Shown: positions 28,229 through 43,162, numbered from the stretch's first letter. The stretch is DNA of 64,000 bases from Eledone cirrhosa (GCA_964016885.1 OZ024743.1:289292001-289356000); one strand, 5' to 3'. The notes: generated by a model not told the origin, from the letters alone. Made by a program: numbers and translations.

Positions 28229-29430
28229 CAGGGACTAGAGAGAAAGGGCCTCAAAGTCAACATGACAAAGACTAAGGTCCTTATAAGTAGACGAGAAAAC
28301 AGAACCCAGATCCCCTCAGGGAAATGGCCTTGCTCAGTATGTAGGAAAGGTGTAGGTAGGAACTCCATTCTCTGCCCCAAATGCAAACAATGGGTACACA
28401 AGAGATGTAGCGGGATCTCAGGAAGCTTAATTAAGAATGTAGGATTCACATGCAGCAGCTGTGCTGAAACAGCAAGCAAACAGCCACAGGAAACAAGTAC
28501 CACCAATCTCTGGGAGGGCCCTGTAGAAACAGTAGACAGCTTCTGCTACCTAGGTGACCGAATTAGCAACGGAGGTGGGTGCTCAGAAAGTACAATAACT
28601 AGGGTAAGAACGGGATGGAAGAAGTTTAGGGAACTACTACCACTGCTAGCTGCAAAAGGCTTCTCCCTCAGAATGAAAGGCAGACTGTATGATGCGTGTA
28701 TCCGAACAGCGATGTTGCATGGTAGTGAGACCTGGGCGCTGAAGGTGGAAGACTTACGTAGATTAGAGAGAAACGAAGCCTGCATGCTCCGATGGATGTG
28801 TAACAGTAATATACGTGAACGACAAAGCATAAAGGAATTGAGAGAGAGACTGAGCATAAGAGGAATCAAATGCTGCGTGCAGGAGAGGCGGTTACGCTGG
28901 TATGGACATGTGATGCGTATGAAGGATGACAGCTGCATAAAAAGGTGCAGAGCACTAGAAGTTGATGGAAACCGCGGAGTGGGGAGACCCAAGATGACTT
29001 GAGATGAGGTGATAAAAGCCGACCTTACCCAACTACACCTCTCAAAGTCAATGACACACGACCGTGACTTCTGGCGTCACGCAGTAATACAGGGTACCCG
29101 ACCTCCCATGGGTACATGCTGAAGCATATAAACAATATGCCCCCCCCCCCCCCACCGTAAGGTGGTCGTGGAGGTGCCACGGCAAAAAAGCACCCAGCCC
29201 ACACTGTAAAGTGGACGTGTAGGCGCCACGAAAAAGCACCCAGCACTCACTGTAAATGAGGTTGGTGTTAGGAAGGGCATCCAGCTGTAAAAATCAAGCC
29301 AGATCAGTTCCTGTATGAGCAAGGCATGGTCAGCCGACCAGACACTGCCCACAACAGGACAACCCGTCTAACCCATGCTAGCGTGGAAGAACGGACGTAA
29401 AACGGTGATGATGATGATGATGATGATGAT
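28226..29430 (+). mobile_element. 5'-truncated RTE-clade LINE
   Basis: [14 protein letters not shown]-like CSVC...[40 protein letters not shown]; 3' UTR ending (GAT)n. Confidence 0.92.
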
Positions 29431-29437
29431 ATATATA

Positions 29438-29581
29438 TAAATTCAGCGAGAATCGCATTTTGGTGGGTAGAAAAAGCGAAACGCAACGCAAATTCCGTAT
29501 ATATATATATATATATATATACGGAATTTGCGTTGCGTTTCGCTTTTTCTACCCACCAAAATGCGATTCTCGCTGAATTTA
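29438..29581. repeat. Perfect palindrome (~61-bp arms) centred on (TA)n
   Basis: taaattcagcgag...aaattccg-(TA)n-cggaattt...ctcgctgaattta. Confidence 0.9.
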
Positions 29582-29668
29582 TGTATATATATATACATAC
29601 TGGGTTGGCATCTAGTAATCTTAGTATTCCACAAAGGAGGAATAATTCAATATTTATAATAGAGTAAG

Positions 29669-29730
<62 letters not shown>

Positions 29731-29907
29731 TATTTATTCATTTTACTTCTAATTCAACTACGATGTTACATCATAGCCTCTGCTCCCTAACGTTCTCTGG
29801 AGAAATAATTACTGGAAATGTTTATCGAACACTTGGTTTGTTTCCTTTGTTGAAACAACATAGCTTTGATGTGAGAAAATGAGTAAATAAACTAATTTGT
29901 ACACAAC

Positions 29908-30000
<93 letters not shown>

Positions 30001-30003
<3 letters not shown>

Positions 30004-30176
30004 AAAAGGTATGACCCCGACGGCAGAGCCCATGCCGTCCAGAAATAGCCGTCGAAACCGCTTGAGCTCTGCCGTCGGGGTCATACCTTTTCCTATTACC
30101 CGCTCTACTACCCTAAGTACTGAGTACTCTGGTGCGTTATGGTCCATCTGGTTCCCTACCACAATTCCTTCGTTAT
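30001..30176 (+). mobile_element. HHR element family C, short fold-back copy
   Basis: Inverted aggaaaaggtatgaccccgacggcagagc arm, HHR 3' half and tail; flanked by (TA)n. Confidence 0.8.
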
Positions 30177-31809
30177 ATATATATCTATTCATATATATAT
30201 ATATATATAATTGGAAAACTTAGCAAAATCTATATGATATAATTCAGCCTCAGAAGCTAAAACATTTTTCACAATATTTCGATTAGATATTCATATTCGT
30301 TGATAGGCCAGAAAACACTCAGAAAACACTTAGAAAACACTGCTCTCAACACCCTGAAACTGGATGTCTGTGGTCATTTAATTACCAGAAACTCAAACGG
30401 ACGAACGTGCGACGACTGTGCTAATTATATATACAGTATGCGGTATCGTAAGGAGTTATTTAATTAACTGTTTAGTTTATTCTTTTCCACCTTCTAGGGA
30501 GTGATGTTCTCCATCATTACTGCATGTGGAGTAGTAACTTAGAGGCTCCCTCATCACATCGTTTAGTTTGAGTGTTGTAATAGTAATTGACTTCATAACA
30601 ATCTGCTCAGTGGTAACGTTGTTACGGCTTCGGATAGAATATCTTGTATTTGTTCTAAGTCTCTATTTTCTGAGTTCAAGTCTCATCAGAATCAACTTTC
30701 AGCTTTCCGAAATTGATGTAATTAGGTCTGTTCTTAAAGATAAAGAAGAAATATATATGCAGTATTCAAGATACATATTTGAAAAGTCGCCTTTCACCTA
30801 TTTATATAAGTTACATATTAATACGTGATACGTTACATAATTCTATATGACATGTTGCCTATTTATATACGTTTAATATATATTTTGAAGACAGGAAGGT
30901 CAATGAATGTAGAGAGTAATGGAAGGTAAAATAGAAATATTCGCAAAAGAGGAGGCTCAAATGTTTGTAGTCAAATAGGCTGATAAGAATGAAATTGAAG
31001 AATAAAGGTGTCAAATGCCACAACAAACGTGTAAATGTTTTAAAAAGTTAAGAAGCTTATACGCATAAAGCGAAAGATTATACACAAATGCCGACAATAC
31101 CAATGAATATCGGTTTCTATATTTATATTCTAATGGCTACAAAGACAGTAAACAATCTGATAATGATCGGATAATCATATAACTAATATATATATATATA
31201 TATATATATACATATTATGCAGGCGCAAAATAAATGCTTACGGTTCCGTTAAAGTTTGGCAGCTGTCAGATATGCAATACTGTAGAGAAGAAGCGGGAAT
31301 ATATTACTAATTGTCACATGATCTCAAACAATACGCAGGAAAAAAAATATATATGTATATATTTTTATATATATATATATATATACATATCCTGTAATTT
31401 AGATAATATATATCCTTTCTCTCTATGTATATATAAATATACACACCCGCATACACCCACTCCCACACACACATATATTTATATATAGGGAGAGATTTAT
31501 ATATATATATATATAAGTATATCTATGTATCTATATATCTATACACAGAGAGAGAGAGAGAAAGAGAGAATAATGAGAAAGGGAGGGAGATAGCATTACT
31601 TATACATAGATATGCCTACATTTATATATGTATCTATGTGTGTATATATATATATACACACATACATACATATATACTTGTGTGTGTATGTGCGTGTATC
31701 AGCCGACAAGCGGAGAGTTTTACCGAAACTCTCCAGGACACCCAACTCAGAAACCAGTCGGCTGACATGTCATCTACTCGGGAAAAAATATGTATTCTCT
31801 CTACAACCT

Positions 31810-31870
<61 letters not shown>

Positions 31871-31893
31871 TCTTTCTCTTTCCCTCTCTCCCC

Positions 31894-31924
<31 letters not shown>

Positions 31925-32497
31925 CCGATGAAGGGGTAATGCTCGATGCGTTGAGACATTTATTTACTTCCTTTTCCTTTTTTTGTCTTCGTCCCTAAGC
32001 GTGGACTTGAAAATACTTTTTGCTAGTCTCGTTTATTCTTTAACTATATATATATATATCAAAAGTAGAAAGCAACAATATGGATATATATACATGCATA
32101 TAAATATATACATATAAACATATAAACACATATCAACAAAGTTACCTGAAGAGAATTGTTAGTCGTACAATTGTTGAATTTGAGGCCTAGCTTTGGACAT
32201 GAATTAACCATCTTAATAATTTTGATATAACGATGGGGTCCTGTAGAAGTCATTTCTATAATAATGGGAAAGAGCGCAATCGTGAATACAAGCGACTGTA
32301 ATGTGATTCCTCCGAAGGGCCTTGGGAGTGACGTTACTCGAGATTGGAGTGTCAACTTTCGTTGAACAGTAAAAGTTTGAATGAGAGAAATGCATCTCAT
32401 ATGCGGCAAAAATAGAGATTTGATAAAGATATTTGAGAATGGCATGGAATCATCGTGTGACATACATGCGCATATATATATATATATATCTATCTAT

Positions 32498-33176
32498 CTA
32501 AGGCGGGTAAAATTCCCGAGATCCATGGACGAGTTCTCTCCAGCGGTCTCTGTCCCTCATTATCGCTGCCATATCCTGCATCTCCAACAGACCAGTGTCT
32601 GTCCTTAGGGCATCAACATATGTTAACCTTGGTCTTCCTCTTCTAGTGTGTCCATGTAGGGGCTCCCAAAGGAGCACTGAGTGCAATGTCAACTCTGGAT
32701 GTCGGTGAGCATGTCCAGCCAACCTCAGTCTCCTCTGTGTCGATGAGTGTGGGGCTGAGAATGAATGAGACTAAAACAAAATATCTGGTAGAGAATGTTG
32801 AGAAGCCAGGGGGATCACTAATGTAGGCGGGAAGCCGCTGGAATTGGTTGAGGACTTCCTGTATTTGGGAGCAAAGATTGGGAATACGGAGGATGATGTG
32901 GTTGAGAGGAAGAGCAAGGCCTGGGCGGCGTGCCACAGCTTGAGATCGGTGTGGAAGTCGGACCTTCGTAGAGACCTGAAAATCCGCCTCTTCATTGCTG
33001 TAGTGGAGTCTGTGCTGCTGTATGGGTCTGAGACTTGGACACTGACCAAGAAACTCACTCAGATGGTGGATGGGTGCTACACGAGAATGCTGAGGTTGGC
33101 TCTGAATATTAATCAGTATACACTGAGGATGAAAAACTCAGAGCTGTATGGGAGCATCCCAAAAGTCAGCTCAAAA

Positions 33177-33178
<2 letters not shown>
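32498..33178. mobile_element. RTE LINE with 5' inversion (3' part on minus 32498-32741, inverted part on plus 32742-33178)
   Basis: [13 protein letters not shown] on plus; GHAHRH...GRPRLTY on minus; same family as 34099-36390. Confidence 0.9.
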
Positions 33179-33231
<53 letters not shown>

Positions 33232-33232
33232 C

Positions 33233-33765
<533 letters not shown>

Positions 33766-33825
33766 AATATATATATATATGTGTTAAGTATTCAAATATA
33801 TATATATATATATATGTTAAGTATT

Positions 33826-33861
<36 letters not shown>

Positions 33862-34039
33862 AAGTATTCAAATATATATATATATATTTCTGAAGAAAAA
33901 GCAAAGGAAAAATGAGAGCCCTATGTATAGAACAGAGCTATTTAATTAGAAAATGGACGATCGAGACGTCTGATAATATTGTCTAGGGTCCTGAAACCTT
34001 TGGTAATGGAGTTGTTATATATTGTGTTGTGTTCACCTT

Positions 34040-34081
<42 letters not shown>

Positions 34082-34098
34082 ATATATATATATATATT

Positions 34099-36390
34099 CT
34101 AAGGCGGGTAAAATTCCCGAGATCCATGGACGAGTTCTCTCCAGCGGTCTCTGTCCCTCATTATCGCTGCCATGTCCTGCGTCTCCAACAGACCAGTGTC
34201 TGTCATTAGGGCATCAACATACGTTAACCTTGGTCTTCCACTTCTAGTGTGTCCATGTAGGGGCTCCCAAAGGAGCACTGAATGCAACGTCAACTCTGGA
34301 TGTCGGTGAGCATGTCCAGCTAACCTCAGTCTCCTCTGTGTCACTTTTGAGCTGACATTTGGGATGCTCCCATACAGCTCTGAGTTTTTCATCCTCAGTG
34401 TATACTGATTAATGCTCAGAGCCATCCTCAACATTCTCGTGTAGCACCCATCCACTATCTGAGTGAGTGTCTTGGTCAGTGTCCAAGTCCCAGACCCATA
34501 CAGCAGCACAGACTCCACTACAGCAATGAAGAGGCGGATTTTCAGGTATCTACGAAGGTCCGACTTCCACACCGATCTCAAGCTGTGTCACGCCGCCCAG
34601 GCCTTGCTCTTCCTCTCAACCACATCATCTTCCGTATTCCCAATCTTTGCTCCCAAATACAGGAAGCCCTCAACCAATTCTAGCGGCTTCCCGCCTACAT
34701 TAATGATACCCTCTGGTGAATTGGCAGTGTCGGGAGAGGGTTGGACGCTATGCTTTCTAGCATAGTTACGTCCCTTTACGATCTGAGTTCAAATCCCGCC
34801 GAGGTTAACTTTGCCTTTCATCCTTACGGGGTCGATAAAATAAAGTACTAGTAATGTACTGGGTAATTGCTGGCCTTGTGCCTAAAGTAGAAACAATTAA
34901 TGATACCCTCTGGCTTCTCAACATTCTCTACCAGATATTTTGTTTTAGTCTCATTCATTCTCAGCCCCACACTCATCGACACAGTCTCAACCTCCCGCAT
35001 CAAATCCTCTGCCTCCTTCACTGTATTTGTCACCAAAACTATGTCGTCGGCAAATTCAGCATCCGATACCTTTTTCGCCCCAACTCTCCTGCTCTGAGCC
35101 GGTGCTACAGTAAAGCCAGAGTCCTGGTGTTTCTCCAGTGCAAGGCGCATACAATAGTCCACTACGATGATAAAAAGGTAGGGAGCCAATGTATCTCCCT
35201 GGAGCACTCCAGCCAGTATCTCAAAGAACTCTGTCATCCCATCAGGTGTAATGACTTGGGCTTTGGTGTTGGTGTAGAGCAGTGATATCAGGTCCACTAT
35301 CTTCTTGAGGATTCCATAAGCCTGTAAGATCTTCATCAGGCAGTAACGGTCCACAGAATCAAAGGCCTTCCTAAAGTCAATGAAAACCATGACCGCAGGA
35401 AGGCACTTTGCTCTAGCTCCCTCTAATATCCTCCTCAGCATCAGGATGTGACTGGTGGTTGATCTACCCTCTCTGAAGTCGTTCTCGTTGTCCCTGAGCT
35501 TCTTCTCCATCTCAGGCTGGATCCTGTTAAGAATCATCCTGTTGAGGGTCTTTGCCACAAGTGACGTCAGTGAGATCCCCCGGTAGTTGTTGGTGTTAGA
35601 GAGATCTCCCTTCTTTGGCACTGGGACGATGTTACTGATCCTCCACTGATTCGGGGCAACTCCTTTCTCCAGTGCCCCGTTACAGAACCCCAGGATGATA
35701 TCATCAAAATCACACCTCTTCATCACCTCTGATGCCACTCCATCTTCTCCATGAGCCTTGCCCTCCTTCATCCTCCTCTTGGCTCTCTGGAGCTCCTCTC
35801 TGGTGAAGGGCTATGTCTCAACATCCAGTTCCTCAAACAGCCGCCTGATCTCCCCAATGTTCTGGGCTGTGGAGGGTGGCTCTCCTAGTAGGGTCCTAAA
35901 ATGGTCTAGCCATTTCCTCTTCCTATCCTCGGGCCCCGTTCCCTGGATCTGACTCGAACACCTTCTCTTCCTCCCTGCGATCTCGTTGATTATCATCCAG
36001 CTCTCCTTACATCCAGATCTGTCAACCGCTCTCTCCACACTTCTGATCTTCTCTATCAGTGCCTCCTCTCTGACCTCAGTGTAACCGGTACAGAGTTCTT
36101 CCCTCATCACCTCCACAGTCTCCATCCTCTCCTCCGTAGGATCAGCATAGAATTGGTCCTTGGCAGCCTTCAGGTGTTCTCTGGCTGCACACACTTTTGG
36201 GTTTGCAGAGCTGATGTGCTTCCTTTTGTTCTTTTTCCTCGGCACCAGGGTTTCACTTGCTTCCGCCACTGCATTGGTGAAGTGCCCGTACCTCCTCGTC
36301 ACACTCTCCTCAGTCCATCCAATCTCTCTCTCCTCTGACTCTCCACACAGAGCACTAAACCTGTTTCTCACTTCCACTGTGAACCTCTCC
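34099..36390 (-). mobile_element. 5'-truncated RTE LINE (RT domain), interrupted by a SINE
   Basis: NYRGISLTS, FIDFRKAFDSV, GVLQGDTLAPYLF, FADD, LLYGSGTW, RRLRLAGH; both ends abut TA runs. Confidence 0.93.
34717..34895 (+). mobile_element. Full-length ~180 bp tRNA-derived SINE with 18-bp target-site duplication
   Basis: attaatgataccctctgg at 34699-34716 and 34896-34913; B box gagttcaaatccc. Confidence 0.9.
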
Positions 36391-36400
36391 TGTATATATA

Positions 36401-37014
36401 TATTAGTAAAAAGGAAAAGAAAATCTGACAAATTTTTCCCAGTGAAAAATAGTTTAATTAGGAATAAGTATAAATTAGTAATAATTATTAGTTAGTATTC
36501 AGTTTTAGTTTTAAGTTTTTACCGGTTGCGCATTTCTAATGCTTTTCAAAAATAATTTTGAGATAGAGCGTTCGTGATGTTTGCTCTAATCTGATCAGTT
36601 TTGGAAATTCTTCCTGTTTTATGTGAAAAAAGTGGCTCCAGAGGTATTAAGATTTGGTTGGTTGTTGAATGTCACGTGAATAAGTACTATAAACTTTGCG
36701 CCAATTCGTGTTGCAAAAATTCTTGTAGTCAAAACAATTTTGATTGGTCGGTAGAGGTCACGTGAATGTTAAAAATTGATTTTAGCGCGAACTGGTTTGG
36801 CGCCAAATGTAGTTTTTTCGAAGAGTGTCCTTTTTCGCTTGATTGAGTTGCAGTCATGTTGAGAAGTCACTGAAAAACATCTCTGTTAAGACAAATATGT
36901 GTGTGTGTGTGTGTGTAGTAAAGAGGTTCATTGTTGTGATAATTGTCAGTAGGGATGTGTGTGTGAGTTGCAGTCATGTTGAAAGATCAACAGTTCAGGT
37001 GTCTATTAAGACAA

Positions 37015-37054
<40 letters not shown>

Positions 37055-40000
37055 CAGTGTGGTTCGTGGAAGAGGGAATGAATCGGTCAGTAGGAATGTG
37101 TGTGTACGTGTGTGGGGGGTATTTTAACATGTTGAAACATATTTTTCAGCTCTTGTCTTATACGGAGAAGTGTGTGTGTGTGCGTGTGTGTGTGTGTGTG
37201 TATGTCTGTTTGTATGTTAATGTACGCGTGTGTATATGTGTGTGTATATATATGTTTGTGTATATGTGTGTGTGTGTGTATGGACCAGTATTCTTGTGAT
37301 ACTGGTAAAAATGGTGTACATTATTCGATATTTTCAGTTTTTTACAAAAACGATTCTCTCAAAAGAACATCAAAAACATCAATAATAAAAGAGGTGAAAT
37401 GATGTATAGTATTGTCATAACAACAAGGTGTGTGTGAGTGTCCAGATTGTACGTACTGCAAGGGGAATCCATTAGGCCCTGCCGTATGGAATACTTGTGT
37501 ACAAATATGTATGTGCCCATCAATGTGCAACACATGTGTGCGTATGTGTATATGTGTGTGTCGGCACGTTTATATCTATAAACATCAAAAGGTATGCAAA
37601 TTTGTGGATATTTGTGTTGCACCATAGAACATGTGTGTTTACGTATGTCATTGTGTTTATATGTGGATAGAAATGTATGAAGGATGTATGCTGATGTAGG
37701 TATGGATGTTGACGTGTGTATGTTGTGGGTTCATCTTAGGGAGAAGTGTTTAGACGGGGTCCGTATTTGTTAATAAAGTGAGATTCCTTGCTGATGCGCT
37801 GGGTGTGGGTGGCATTATCTTTAAATTTGTAGAGGGGAAAGATTCTAAAGTTGGGATGATTTTGGGCGGCACAGGTGTCAATGTGTTCAGTCAGTGTTAT
37901 TTTCCGGATTTCCGTATTTTAATTTGGGATCTATGGACAGTCATGCGTTGGCGGAGGCTGTTTTTAGTCTGGCCTATGTATTGTTCTCGACAACCTGAGC
38001 AAGTTAATACATATATTAGATTTTCTGATGCGCATGTGAAATTGTGTTTTACTATATAACGTTGTCCTTCTTTGAAATAGTATTCCGAACCCTCTATTAG
38101 GTTGCATATTCCACAGTTGGGTCTATCGTATTTTTTTACTGTGGGTTTCGTTGTTGTGGTACTTTGGCATGTGTTAGGATGTTTTTCATTGACTTAGATT
38201 GTCTTTTGCTCTTTATGATATCGTGTGTTTGAAGGATTTGGTTCATTCTATGGTCCTTTTTTTAACACAGGGATGTTCTGGTGGATGGTGTCAAAGGCCT
38301 CATTGTTGAGGGGGTTGTGTGTGGAGATGTATGGAAGAGCTTTTAGTTTCGGTTGATTTACTTTAGGGTGTCTAAGGTCCTGGGTACTGAGTTTTAGGGC
38401 ACGTTGGATTCCATTGTCAATTAGTGATGCAGGGTAGTCCCTGCTTATGAATGTGCCCTTTAGTTCTTGTAACCGTAAGTAACAGGTGTTTTTATTGGAG
38501 ACTATAGTACAGATTCTCTTGACTAAGTTGTAGGGAATATTAATTTTAACGTGTCTAGGGTGGCAAGAATTGAAAGGAAGATATTGCTTGGAGTCTGTGG
38601 GCTTGTAGTATATTTCTGTTTCTATTGTTTTGTTATGAATCTTAATGAGGATGTCGAGGAAGGGGAGTTGTTGATGGCTGTATTCCATCGTGAAGTTAAT
38701 ATTCGTGTTGAGCCCATTTATAAAGGTGTGAAATTCTTTAAGTTTCTCGATGTTTTCGTGCCAAAGTATGAAGCAGTCATCTAGATATCGCTTCCAGTTC
38801 TTTTCTATGTGTAAGTGGAGAGTGTTTCCAAATTTGTTTAGTACTTTAGTGTAGAGGGTGATTTCCAGGTATCCCATGACTAGGTTGGCATAAGTGGGGG
38901 CCGTTTTCGTTTACATAGCGGTCCCAGATTTCTGCCTGTAGGATTTGTTATTGAAAACGAAGTAATTGTTCTCCAAGATAAATTTGAGTCCTTCTATCAC
39001 GAATTCTTTTTTGATGCGTTGTGGGAGTTCATTGTGGTAATTATCCAGCCAGAATTGGATAGCTTCTATTTCTAGGTTGCGGGGGATGTTAGAGTATAGG
39101 TTGACTACGTCGAACGTCACTAGTAGGGTTTGTTCAGTAAGCGGCATATTAGGGAGGTGATTGAGCATATCTAGGTCGTCCCTTATATAGCTTTTGATGT
39201 GTTTGAGAAAAGGCTTGAGAATGGTATCAATGAAGTTGCTAAGGCGGTGGTTTTCGCAAGCGGGCCTGCTATTATAGGTCTTAATTTTAGATCATTGGGT
39301 GAGGGGACATTGATGACTATGTATGTGGCTTCCTTGCATGCCTTACTTATTAATTCGCTTTTGTGTACTTTAGGGATACCGTAGAAAAGGCTGGATTTAC
39401 TTGTGAAGTCTGTGATGGAGCTGAATTCCTTGTTAGTGAGTCCTTCTTTGTATTGGTTGATCAGAGTTTTTAGGCTTCTCATAATTTTCTGTTGATTGTA
39501 GTGTTCAGCCTTTTCGTAGTATGTTTCGTTTTCCAAAGTGGATAGTGCTAAGTTGATATAGAATTCTGTCTCCATTAGGACTACTGCACTCCCTTTATCA
39601 GCCTCTTTAATTGTAATAGTTCTGTCGGTTTTTAATCTATTTAATTTTTCTCATTCTTTCTTGTTGTGGTTTGGCTTCTGTTTTTGTCTGTGCAAGTGTT
39701 GGTAAGGGAAGTTTGTGATGTGTTCACAGAATTCGTCCAGGATTTTATTTCTACCTGTTGATGGGGTGTAGTTGCTTCTATTTCTGGCTAATGATTCATC
39801 CTCATTGTACTGGTCGAATAGTTCTTCACTGAGTCGTAACTTTCTACAGAAGTCTGTGATGTCTTCCTTCATTTCATAGTAGTTAGGACGTAGGGGGTCG
39901 GTGTGAATTTAAGACCTTTGGAGAGTAAGTTGGGTCTACACTAGTTAGATTGATCATTTTTATTACTCTCGGTTTCTCCTCCCTGTCTTGTGTTATTTTG

Positions 40001-41152
40001 TTTGCCTGTATCTGTGTGCTGTGTCTAAAAAATGGTTGGGGTAGAGGGGTTGTCTGCTGATGTTAAGTGGTCTCCTGTGTTTGTTATATTCCTTGTTGTT
40101 GTAAAATGTGGTTCGGGTTCGTGGTTGTGGATTGAATGGGGTGTTCCTGTATTGCGAGTATGGATGTGTGTTTCTATGTGCCATGTTGGATTGTGGTGTT
40201 ATAGGTGGCCTACGTTGTTGGTTGTATCGTGTGGTGTGGGTTTGTTGTGTATTGTGGAAGCGAGAGTTGAGAAAATGGAAATTACCTTGCTGTCCCCTTG
40301 TGGCGGGGAAGTTGTTACATCTATCATGGTAGTGGTATCTTTTCCCTGTTTGACGATGAGGCATCCGCGTAGTAGTTAAGTTATTTGTTATGGTATCTGC
40401 TTGAAGGGGGAAAGTTGTAAATGTCATTCTGGGGGTGATGATTTCTAGGATTTTTGTTCCTTCTTATGGAAGCGAGGTTGGGAAGTTCTTCTTCGGTGTG
40501 GTGCTTCTTTCTCTTTTTGTTAGTAGCTGGGGGGTTTGCGAAGTTGTTGTGCGGTTGGGTTATGGGTTTTCCTATTTTTATGAACGGGTTATTGGAGGTG
40601 TAATCCGTTTGAAAAGTCGATTCATAGTGTAGGAACCAAGCGGCACTTTTTTCCCAGCGTTGAAGGGATTTCAACTATTCTCTGTTGCAGTCCTCTTTCC
40701 ATAATTTAGAGATCTTCTCTACGTTGGGGTCTTCAGTCTTATTGTTGAGTTCAAGGAGGATCTCTTCATCGATGGTTCTGATTCTTTCCCTCATTTGTCT
40801 GGGCCCTCAATTTAAGAAGTTCAATTTCTGTCTTCATGTTTTCCAATGCCATTCTCTCTTTAAGATGTCTTTGAGGCTCGGGTTCCTTTAGAATGGACTT
40901 TATTTGTATTTTACGGGGGAGTGTTAGAGGGGTTGAGTCAAGCCATTTTTCATATATCTCCGCTTTGTTGTGATTTTGTATCATCTTCCAGAAGGAGAAC
41001 TTTCTGTCTCTGAGGGATTTGTTCCATTTTGGGATTGTTCGATTTTTCATTTTGTATGAATCAATCTCACATGTTTCTTCGTTGGTTTTTCCTGTGTTGG
41101 TAGTAGTGAACATAGTTTGGATAGTATCGCAAAGGTTTTGAAGTTTATCGCC

Positions 41153-41222
<70 letters not shown>

Positions 41223-41397
41223 TATATACACACACACACACATACTCACGCATACACTAACATACAAACAGACATACACACACACACATCTCCGTATAAG
41301 ACAAGAGCTGAAAAATATGTTTCAACATGTTAAAATACGTATACACACCACATTCCTACTGACCGATTCATTCCCTCTACCACGAACCACTCTGCTA

Positions 41398-41430
<33 letters not shown>

Positions 41431-42090
41431 ATATTTGTCTTAATAGACACCTGAACTGTTGATCTTTCAACATGACTGCAACTCACACACACATCCCTAC
41501 TGACCATTATCACAACAATGAACCTCTTTACAACACACACACAGACACACACACACACACACATATTTGTCTTAACAGAGATGTTTTTCAGTGACTTCTC
41601 AACATGACTGCAACTCAATCAAGCGAAAAAGGACACTCTTCGAAAAAACTACATTTGGCGCCAAACCAGTTCGCGCTAAAATCAATTGTTAACATTCACG
41701 TGACCTCTCCGACCAATCAAAATTTTTTGACTACAAGAAATTTTGCAACACGAATTGGCACGAAATTTATAGTACTTATTCACGTGACATTCAACAACCA
41801 ACCAAATCTTAATACCTCTGGAGCCACTTTTTCACATAAAACAAGAAGAATTTCCAAAACTGATCAGATTAGAGCAAACATCACGAGCGCTCTATCTCAA
41901 AATTATTTTTGAAAAGCATTAGAAATGCGCAACCGGTAAGAACTTAAAACTAAAACTGAATACTAACCAATACTTATTACTAATTTATAATTATTCCTAA
42001 TTAAACTATTTTTCACTGGGAAAAATTTATCAGAATTTTCTTTTCCTTTTCACTAATATATCGTGTGTCACACCTCTATTTTTTAAATAT
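36401..42090 (-). mobile_element. Near-full-length Neptune-type Penelope-like element with inverted pseudo-LTRs
   Basis: Frameshifted ORF ~41153 to 37736: KLRPII, FDVVNLYSNI, YRQKSGTAM, WKRYLDDCF, PFLDI, YYKPTD; linker NCGIC; NFTCASENLIYVLTCSGCREQYIGQT (GIY-YIG); ~830 bp inverted repeats 36401-37230 / 41220-42060. Confidence 0.92.
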
Positions 42091-42321
42091 ATATATATAT
42101 ATAAATATAACCAAAGATGTGGGTAACCAAAGATGTGGGTTCGACTCCCATGTACGGCAACACTCATCTTTTTCCATTTCTCCGAGGGTTATAAACCCCA
42201 CTATCAGGCAAGAAATTTCTTTAGTCTAAAATACGGTGAAAGCTTATAATTTCTAATTTCTAATTTCAAACTCGCGCACCGTTTCAAAAATATACTTATA
42301 TGTTTACGTTTATAATTTGCT

Positions 42322-42391
<70 letters not shown>

Positions 42392-42791
42392 TTTATAGTT
42401 GACAGACGACAGAAAAGAGTATTCAAAGTAGATTTAAATATTCATTTATTAAGGTTACGTAGTGTCTCTTGTTATTCTAGTGTTTCACCTGCGAAGTCAT
42501 ATTATTATCAGATTGTCCTGTGAGTGAGCACGTGAAACTCCGCAATAACAATACTCCCTTCTTAGACATAATAAATCTATCTATCTATATACAAATAAAA
42601 CTCTAAGAAGGATAGAAAGAAAGAGAGGTAGTTCCGAGAAAGTAGATTGAAAGAGAAACATGGAGAAAGAGAGAAAGTTAATGATATTGTTGAATGAAAT
42701 TATAACCGGTGACTTCAAAGAAACGAATACAACATTACTGTATCCTACAAAATAGAAAGGGTTTCCAAGTGTGTGTGTGTGTGTGTGTGTG

Positions 42792-42887
<96 letters not shown>

Positions 42888-42967
42888 ATGTCTGTGACCG
42901 GTGTATATAGGTCAAACACACCGGCACACACACACAACACACACGCACATATATATATATAGATATA

Positions 42968-43162
42968 TAACGGAGGAAATGTGGTAAGGAACCAGGTGGA
43001 CCATAACGCACCAAAGTACTCAATACTTAGGGTAGTAGAGTGGGTAATAGGAACGAGTAGGACCCCGACGGCTGAGCTCAAGCCGTTTCGACGGCTAATT
43101 CAGTCCAGAATTAGCCGTCGAAACGGCTTGAGCTCAGCCGTCGGGGTCCTACTCGTTCCTAT
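42968..43162 (-). mobile_element. HHR element family C fold-back copy (tail-only fragment also at 44238-44322)
   Basis: Perfect hairpin taggaacgagtaggaccccgacggctgagctcaagccgtttcgacggctaattc / reverse complement, plus tail. Confidence 0.8.
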
